Positions 55,349 through 64,000 of a stretch of DNA of 64,000 nt are shown here, piece after piece (within the stretch, counting starts at the first letter, position 1; every line of letters begins with the position of its first letter). The notes under the pieces are model-generated. The model did no database searches. It was not told the origin of the DNA and saw only the letters and a program-made list of their open reading frames with translations. The position numbers were made by a program, and so were the translations under genes. The DNA is taken from the NCBI GenBank assembly GCA_964016885.1, contig OZ024742.1:115630001-115694000 (forward strand), given 5' to 3'. The stretch comes from Eledone cirrhosa (Eukaryota).

Positions 55349-55492
55349 CATTAGTTAAGCAAAACAAGACCAAAAAATTCACAAGGAAGACGTTATCTAA
55401 AGAGTGTCAACATAGTTGCAGTTTAATGTAAGGAATAAGGAGTGTAATTATAGTTTAATGTAAGGAATAATAATAATAATAATAATAATAAT

Positions 55493-56734
55493 GTTTTCTT
55501 TATTAACCACACGGGTTTACATAAAGTAGACATGAAGGACAGTACAGGACAATACAGGACGGTACAAATGGGCATTTCTGCGTGTAAAAAACAGAGGATG
55601 TAATAAAATAACAAAGAAAAATTCCCCAATAGGGGGAGACTTCCAAGGGACATTTGTGGAGAAAGCCCATTAAAAGACCACAGTGACCCTGACCACCAGG
55701 GCAAGTGATCTCTCCCAGTTTTCCACCTTTAATTTACAGACACATACTCAGAGAAGGCCCATTCATTCGGGCCATACTTGCTTCTCTCACGCATCTTTCA
55801 ATAAAATGCTGGGAAGAGAGCACTTCCCTCTCTACCCTGATTTTCCTTTTCAAAGGAAATTTGAAAAAGTTAATCAGGGCATCACCGAAGAGGTAAGTGC
55901 TCGTTTTCAGCCCTTTCAAACGTGTCCACCAACTATCTCTTTCGCCATGGCCACCAGACAGATAAAAACTGCCTGCCCTTCCCGGCTAAAGGAAGAGGGC
56001 GGGGCAATCCTCACGATGGACTCAGCTGATAGCTGGATTCGTCCTACACGTGACAGCAGGTGTTCGACATAAACCCACAAGTCAGCAATGCTCGGACACT
56101 GGACGAGTGCGTGCAGGACGGTTTAGTCGCCCTGTGCGCATCTCGGACATGCCCGCGTGACGGCACCTCCATGCCTGTAGAGTTTATCCCGAACTGGCAA
56201 AGCACCCCGGTAGCACTTCCAGGCCAGGGATTTCTGGAAGTTGTCCATAGGCCCCGGCCCGAAAGTCCTTCCGAAGAGATTGGCTAGTTGATTTTCGTCG
56301 ACGCCTAGAGTTTCTCCAAGTACTTTGTCGCTCTTACCCTCCACTAATCCCCTATAGAACGCCAAGGTGGAGTTTCCATCGATCACATTACCCGATTGGT
56401 CGAGGGCTGTGAGCGCCTGAAGACATTCCAGTCTCCAAGCGCTCCCTCTCGACTTCGCTTGACCCAGGACTGCAGCTCCGTCAATGAGACGAGCTGGGGA
56501 AAGACGTGTCTAGCAAACGGCGACCACACCTGATCACCGTCGAAGGAGAGGTCGAGATGTAGCCTGAGCGCGTGTCTGCGCATCATCACCCACGGCATGC
56601 CCAGCTCTCCAAGTAGCGGGAATTGACAGCAGATGGACCGCCTGACTATCGGTTTGCGTCCCTTCCACAATAACCGAAAGAGCAAACACTCCAGCGCAGT
56701 CAGGCGGGTCTTAGGACAAGGTACGACGGTCAGG
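55493..56734 (-). mobile_element. 5'-truncated Tx1-like copy flanked by (AAT)n
   Basis: High similarity to 21063-22305; (AAT)n at 55466-55492 and 56735-56755. Confidence 0.9.
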
Positions 56735-56754
56735 AATAATAATAATAATAATAA

Positions 56755-59284
56755 TGTCCGTTTACGATTGTTTCGCTACTTCATATAATCTTTCTGGATC
56801 AATTGATTATAGATCATTATTGATATGGTTCAGATGAAGATAAGTAACTTAGGTAATATAATGGAGAACTCATCTATTAGGCTTATAAGTCCAACCACAT
56901 CTGACTTGGGTCGTATCAGCAAGAATATTCTAAATAGGATCATCCCTGGCCTGCGATATGGTATCACCTACAAGATGTGGTCCAACACCGGCCAAGTCAT
57001 TGAAGGTTATCAGATCTAAGATCCAAGGAATCGTTAAGGTTTCTTCAATTTGACATTGACAGCTACTACGCTTCAATAAACCCGGCACTGCTTAACAAAG
57101 CATTAACCCTAGCTGGCACCAACTCTGACATAACTAATAACGAGATTGACATCATACTTATTGTTAGGCAGACTATCATTGAGCTCAACGGCTCATTCAG
57201 GACTAGAAAGGAAAGAACAGACAACTTCGACATCACAATGGGCTCAAGCGACTCTCGCAAATCACCGATTTAGTTGGAATCTATCTATTTCTTAACATCA
57301 TAGCTGAAATCCAACCCTTGCAAGGCGGAATATATAAAGACGACGCCCTATGTGCAGTCCACAATTGCACTAAGCGAGTAACTGACTTGCTCAAAAAAAA
57401 TTACATAGATTTTTTTGAAAATAATGCTCTCTCTATCACTATCGAGCCGAACCATAAGGTAGTAAACTTCCTGAACGTTACCCGAGATCTTAACAACAAC
57501 TTATATTACCCTTATCATAAACCAGGTGAAATACTTACATATATTAGCCCGCACTCTAACCACCCACCGGCAGTCATCAGAGCAGTCATTAAATCTATAT
57601 CTTATAGGATCTCCGTGCTATCCGCAAATGAGGAGATATTTATGAACCACGCCGCATATTACAAGCAGGCCCTTTCTGAATCTGGTTATGAACTGTCCCT
57701 TTACTACATACCTAAATGCCATAACACCGAACTTCACCACAACCATAATAAATTTAACACTAGAACTAGAAATACATTAGCATATAGCCAGATACGCCGG
57801 AATGTTAGCAGTAACAGCACCTATACAGGGAACCATAATGCTGGCAGAGGCCTACTTCACACTCCTAGTAGCAGACTCAGAATCAACCCTAGAATAGGAA
57901 TAAACAATGGGACGACAAATAACAAACACCCAGGTAATAATAACCCTATGAAGGCCCTCGCCAACTCCACTAGAACCCCTAGAAGGAATAGGCGTAGAAA
58001 TATCACCTGGCTTAACCCCCCATTATCATCTAATTAAGCCACTAATATCCCTAAACGCTTCTTCTCTATTCTATCTACCCCCCCCCCCCCACCATAGATA
58101 TTACAAATTCTTTAATAAAAACAACATTAACATCTCATTCCCCACGGCACCTAACCTAACTAGCCACATCGCATCCAGTAACTATCATGAACTAAGAGAG
58201 TATAACTCCCACATCACGGTACCACCACTCCCCCTGAAATACACCACGCCACTACACCAATACTTACTCTGGTAGCATGCCTCCCCCCTCTAATCCTATT
58301 AGCACACACCAACCAAATAGTTTAAACAACCCTAACCTGACTAACCGCAACAGTAATTGCAACTGCCGTTACCCTAATGCATGCCCACTTAATGGACAAT
58401 GCCTTACACCCAATATAGTATATAGGTGCACAGTTAAAACAGCATCACACAATTGCCCCTATATTGTCTCTACCTCGAACCCTTTTAAGATACGCTATAA
58501 CGCGCACTCATTTTCCTTCCGAGACCCTAGCAATAGATGTTCAACATCTCTAGCTAGGCTCATTAAAAACCTTAAATTAACCAACATTGAACATTCACTA
58601 ACATGGGATATCTTGGCTAGATCCCCAGCGTTCAATGGACGAAGACACTGTTGTGATGTCTGTGTTACCGAGGCCTATTACATAACTATATCACTACCAC
58701 AACCTATTAATAATAGAAATGAGATAACTATTAACTGTCAACATCTAAGGGCAAATTCCTTCTACAACAGAATATAATATCGTTATTACATATAGCTAAC
58801 ATCTTACATATTTAACCTAGCTTGGATAATTATAAGTTACCTCCCTACACTGTCTCTCATTTAAGCTCATTAGCACTTCTTAGCTATAAATCACCTATGA
58901 TTTTAAATTCTCAAGGATTTACATCCGTGAAACCCGTCTCTAATTAGTAAGGAAAATGTCCTTAGGTGGACATTTGTTACGCATAGGCAGATCTCGCTTA
59001 ACACAGCCTTGACCGAAGTGTAATGCTTGCTTATAGCTGACAATAGATAGAATCGTGAAATACCAATATGTGGAACATTACATTCATGTAACCATCTGTC
59101 TTAACCTTATATTCCTTGTTCCATTTTGTTTTATCAATATTTTCAATATCTCATTTGAAATTCTGAGAACCGCTCCATTATATTACCTAAGTTACTTATC
59201 TTCATCTGAACCAGATCAATGACGATCTATAATCAATTGACGCAGAAACATTATATGGAGTAGTGAAACAATTGTAAACGGACA
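56755..59284 (+). mobile_element. Second, older PLE family copy with an inverted copy of its 3' end at the 5' junction
   Basis: SIRLISPTTSDLG, QFDIDSYY, ITMGSSDS, IYKDD, VNFLNV, SNHP, WLNPP, CNCRYPNACPLNGQC, IVY..YIV, CDVCVTE, with frameshifts. 56755-56866 mirrors 59173-59284 (9 mismatches in 112 bp by eye). Confidence 0.85.
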
Positions 59285-59296
59285 TTATTATTATTG

Positions 59297-59497
59297 AGGG
59301 TGGTGGATTGGCAGTATCGGTAGAGGGTCGGACGTCATGCTTTCCAGCATAGTTACGTCCCTTTACGATCTGAGTTCAAATCCCGCCGAGGTTGACTTTG
59401 CCTTTCATCCTTACGGGGTCGATAAAATAAAGTACCAGTAATGCACTGGGTAATTGCTGGCCTTGTGCCTAAAGTAGAAACAATTATTATTATTATT
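59297..59497 (+). mobile_element. tRNA-type SINE, full length, (ATT)n tail
   Basis: A-box-like tggcagtatcgg; B-box gagttcaaatcc; ends gtagaaacaattattatt. Confidence 0.85.
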
Positions 59498-59500
59498 GTT

Positions 59501-62500
59501 CTTTGAGTCTCAGTCATTGATGTTAGTTAACTGGAAGGTTTGTTGAAATGAATATCAAGCCACTACCTGCAGCGTCAGATATTCAGGGCGTATCGGATGG
59601 TTCTTGCTGTTCCCAGCAAGCATGCCTTTTGAAGCGTTCCAAAAATCGTGAAGGGGCCAATTTTCTTTAACCATCCCTGGAAACTTTTTGAGATAGTCCC
59701 TAGTGCACCTATGACAATCGGGATCACTTTGACTTCATGGCAGTTCCAAATCCTTTTTACCTCCCAATTTAAGTCCTGGTATCGGTTAATGTTCTCCCTC
59801 TCCTTCTCTTGCACTCTCGTGTCGAATGGGCAGGCCACATCCACAATCAGGCACGATCTTTTTTCTTTGTCCAAAACCCCCAGGTCAGGTCTATTGTGTT
59901 CCAGTTTCTTGTCCGTCTGTATCCTAAAATCCCACAGCACCTTCACCTGATCGTTTTCTATCACCGCCTCTGGCTTATGCTCATACCACTTCTCAGAATG
60001 TGGTAAATTGTTTACTTTTCATATGTGCCGGTGGTTCACCCTGCTCATCACATCATGTCTCCAGACCTTATAGTGAGTCTTGGCTATGTGTTTACACTCG
60101 GATACAATGTGAGCCACAGTCTCCTCTCTCTTTCCACAGATCCTGCACAGTGGGCTAGCCTCCTCCATGTAAATGTGGTGTTTCAGCCACTTCGTTTTGA
60201 GGGCCTGCTCCTGCGCAGCCATTAACATTCCTTCTGTAGCCTTTTTAAGGTGTCCTCTTTTCAACCAGTTCCATGTCTGTGGATCTCTAAATTCAGTTTT
60301 CTCAAAGATGGTACTATGAAGGGATATTTCCTGAAGGCTGCTCTTTCTCCTTGATGTTATTTCCTCCTTGGACATCCCCTGGCCTATTGTCCCCTCCTTC
60401 AGTACAGCTCTGAGCATTTGGCTCCTTACTATCAGTCACGTATTTGTGTAGGTTGTTTTTCTCCATCTGAACACAGTCCTCTATGCTGATAAGACCTCTT
60501 CCACCCTCATATCTCCTTAAGTAGAGTCTATCGACATCACTCCTCTTGTGGAACATATTGTAGATAGTCAATAACTTCCTAGTCTTCCTATCCATTTCTT
60601 TTTGTTCAGCAACATTCCATCTCAGAATTCCCGCACTGTACCTAATAATAGACACAGCTCGGGAATTTACTGCACTTATGGCATTCCTACTGTTCAAATA
60701 TGACTTTAATACGCTCCTTACTCTTCGAATGTATTCAGTTCTTATCAATTCCTTCATTTTTTTCTTCTTGATTTCATCAGCCTCCAGAAGGCCCAAATAC
60801 GTGTATTCATCTGCAGAGTCAATTTCTTTTATCATCTCACCTGTTGGTATCTGGATTGCGTTACTTCTGCTCAACTTACCCCCCCTCATCACAATGACTC
60901 CACACTTACTAATACCAAATTGCATACATATATCATTGCTGAAAATACGGACAGTGTCAACAAGCACATCCGACTCCTTCTCACTCTTCCCGAAGAGCTT
61001 AAGGTCGTCGACGAAGAGGAGGTGATTGATAGTAAGCCCTCCCTTTCCCAACCTGTATCCTGCTCTCACTTTTCGCAGTACACTGGTCAGGGGCATCATG
61101 GCAAGGACAAACAACAGAGGGGACAGACTATTTCCTTGGAAGATACCTTTCTTGATCTTCAGGCTTCCCAAGGATTCTCCAGTTGATGTTAACTCTGTTT
61201 CCCAGGACTTCATACTATTGCCCAACAACTGCCTGATGTTATCTGCCACCTTGAAGATCTCCAGGCTTTTGGTGATCCAATAATGATGCACCTTGTCAAA
61301 TGCCTTTTTGTAGTCTATCCATCCCATTGCAAGACCAGTGTGTCTCCTCTTGCAATTCCTCATTACAATCATATCAATAAGTAACTGGTCCTTTGTACCA
61401 CGTGACATCTTTCGGCATCCTTTCTGTTCGTCCGGTAACAAGTTGTTTGTGTGGAGGTGATGGTAGATTTCCTCAGACATAATGCTTGTCAACAGTTTCC
61501 ACATTACGGACAGACATGTGATAGGTCTATAGTTGGTAACATCATTATCATTGATTCGGTCTTTCATTATCAGAACTGTGGTACCTTTTGTCAACCACTC
61601 TGGTACCTCACCTGACATCAAGCAGTCATTGAATATGTTTGTCAGTTTCGGGTGGAGGGATGATATGTTTTTACTCCAATACCTCTGCACACCACCTGGG
61701 CCAGGTGACTTCCAGTTGGTTAATTTTTTGGCCTGCCCCTTAAGGGTTTCAACTGTGATACTCAAATCAGTTTGTTGGCGTGCCTGTTCACTGATCTCCT
61801 TCTGTACTGTCACTGATCTCCTTCTGTACTGTCTAAATCCACACTGCCTGGTCATTATGTTCAACATCCTGCTCCCATATTCCTCTCCAGAATGTTTTAG
61901 TTTGTTCCGCCTCAGGGATAAAGTCGTGGCCTCTTTCTTTCCCTTCAAGCTGTCCAAACAGCATCTTCTGGTTGTTGTCGAACATGCGGTTCTGTCTATA
62001 CTGGCCGATTCTGTTATCGTATCGCCAGATTTTTGCACTTTTTGCTACAATGCGTTGCTTCAGTTCCTCTATGATAATATTTAGCTTTTTCCTCCTAGTT
62101 TTGTACTTTATTTCCAGTCTATATTTAGTGTCTATGTTTTTTAGTGTCCCATTCATTAGGGACTCAAGCTTTCCGATGTCATTTCTCATTTCCCTGATTT
62201 GACCACTCAGTCGTTTCTTCCACGAAGACTCTGCTCTTTCTTGTCTGTTGTTTCCTCTCGCTTTTATAACAAGAAGTTTCCTCACCGTATTTGCTGTTGC
62301 TTTGAGGATATTGTTGCAATGGTGAAGGCTCCTCGCCTCAAGGTATGGGATGACTTTGTTTACCTTAGCTGTTGTTTCTTTTAACTGTTTTATGTCTACA
62401 AATCTTAGGTTCATAGGTATCCCACTATCATTGTTCAATTCATCTACCACTAAGTTTACGATATCTACCAAATCTTGTCCTAGCCCGTCAGCATTCATCT

Positions 62501-63875
62501 CCTCAGTGGCCGTATCTCTGTTCCAGGTATTATTTATCTCAGCATTCAGATCATTGTCTGTTTCGGGTGCTTCCTCCGTTCTCTCGACCTCTTCACCTTC
62601 ATTTCCCACTGGCTCGTTTGCCTGGCATACTCCACCCTCCATCTCCACCCTCCATCTCCAAGCTAATCTCTCTGCCCAGTTCCTCCAGTTCCAGCTCGCT
62701 TATCCACCCATTAGTTCTTATTACTCGAGCCTGCCCGGCCAGACTGTGTGCTTCTAATTTAAATGGACCAATCTCGTTCCAGATGTTATGAATCCTTTTC
62801 CTATAGCCTATCTCCTTTGGGTTACTCTTCAGGTAACATTGCATAACAGTTCTATTCAATTATTTCGTCCAGTTGGTTCTGGTCCCTTTCCTTCTTCTTC
62901 TTCCTCCAACACCAGCAGTATTTGGTTGACAGCCAGGTCCCTGCTGCTGAGCCAGGGAGCACCTGTTGGGTGAGAGTCTGTCACATGACATTCTAGTCTC
63001 CATTTCACCGTTACTCGAACTGTTTAGGTTCGACATTTAAACACTCTTATCGAGGATTGGCGAATGTATGGTTACATAACCACCGGTGAATTACTTGTCT
63101 CCGGTGGTTTCGTCACTCCACGTGACTTGTGTGTGGCATTATCACGCTGTAGACGAACCCAAACAAACAAACAAACAGGCAGAAAACCCCCCCAAAATGA
63201 ATAAGCATAAGTTTCATTGTAATGTAGTGTTTGAACTAGTTTTTCCCTGCCCTTCTCTGTCCGTCCGTTTGTTTTTCTCTTTATTTCCTTTACGTTTTTC
63301 GTTGCTGCTGTGCTGCTTTGATTTTGATTTTTGGGTTTTTTTTTGATTTTGACCGGGTCATCAATTCAGCCTATTTATATATTTTGATGTTTTCCTCTTT
63401 TAGTGGGAATTCTACAATGTAGCAGCGGATAGCGGGAGAGAATAGCGGCGGTAGTGATACTGAGGCAGCGGCGTCGGGGGTGGTGGCGGTGCTGTGCTAG
63501 CAGCAACTAGCAGGAGGTAGTGGTAGGGAATAGCGGCGGTAGCGATAGTGAGCAAGCGGTGGTGGTGATGTGGTCGTATTACTTTTGTAAAACTAAAACT
63601 TGATTTCGATTATTGTTCTTTTTTGTTTTCATTTTTTTTTTTATTTTGATCGGTTCATCATTTCAGTCTATTTATATATTTCGGTGTTTTGCCTCTTTTA
63701 GTGAGAAATCTACAATGTTGCAGGGGGTAGCAGGAGAGAAAAGCGGTGGTAGTGATATTGAGGCAGCAGCGGCGGTGACGGTGCTGTGCTAGCAGCAACT
63801 AGCCGGAGGTAGTGGGAGAGAATAGCGGCGGTAGCGATAGTGAGGCAGCGGTGGTGCTGATGTGGTCGTATTACT
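59501..63875 (-). mobile_element. R4/Dong-like retrotransposon, essentially full-length, frameshifted
   Basis: ORF 62991-59575 in pieces: NRTVMQCY..GYRKR, KSPGPGG, NYRPITCL, EQKGC, WIDYKKAFD, FQGNSLSP, FVDDLKL, CRIC..H..C, RPDL..DVACP. Confidence 0.92.
63318..63875 (-). repeat. Two ~290-bp tandem monomers at the Dong-like 5' end, each with a TATA-like motif
   Basis: 63318-63583 resembles 63600-63875; ctatttatatat on the plus strand (TATAAATAG on the element strand) in each unit and at ~16123-16134. Confidence 0.75.
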
Positions 63876-64000
63876 GTAGTGATGGTGTTGAAGTTGGAGT
63901 AGAAATTTGAGTCAACTTGACCAGAGTTTTCATCGTGGTAGTGGTGGTGGTATTGGTGGTGAAATTATCTTTAGTGAAATTATCTTTAGTCGCGTATATG

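Noticed and set aside
58890-59075. Possible long-stem hammerhead in the second PLE (cacCTATGA...GAAAtaccaatatgtg)
   Set aside because: The core lacks a conserved G and the stems are weak; at best a decayed motif.
59297-59400. tRNA gene
   Set aside because: Only A/B boxes of a SINE head; no cloverleaf.

Overview
AT-rich animal genomic DNA made almost entirely of retroelements and (TA)n/(ATT)n microsatellites. The SINE family suggests an octopod cephalopod, but this is an inference. No host gene can be supported. The main contents are: (1) three large copies plus remnants of an R4/Dong-like RLE non-LTR retrotransposon with (TAA)n tails; (2) one near full-length and several partial L1/Tx1-like APE-RT retrotransposons sitting in (ATT)n tracts; (3) tRNA-type SINEs, two probable non-autonomous Helitrons, MITE-like foldbacks and an RTE 3' fragment; (4) Penelope-like elements (PLEs; RT plus C-terminal GIY-YIG). 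The most striking structure is a ~10.7-kb near-perfect palindrome (44484-55176, 2-nt loop at 49826-49827). It consists of two head-to-head 5'-truncated PLE copies inserted in (TA)n, and each arm carries a type I hammerhead ribozyme motif with a ~115-nt stem II. The same layout recurs at ~100-200-bp scale in other, unrelated families: (TA)n, an inverted arm lacking the tail, a hairpin, a sense arm with a hammerhead motif, a unique 3' tail containing ATTGAG, then (TA)n. This points to a fold-back (snap-back) integration mode of microsatellite-targeting, ribozyme-bearing PLEs. All calls come from reading the sequence by eye; no searches were run.
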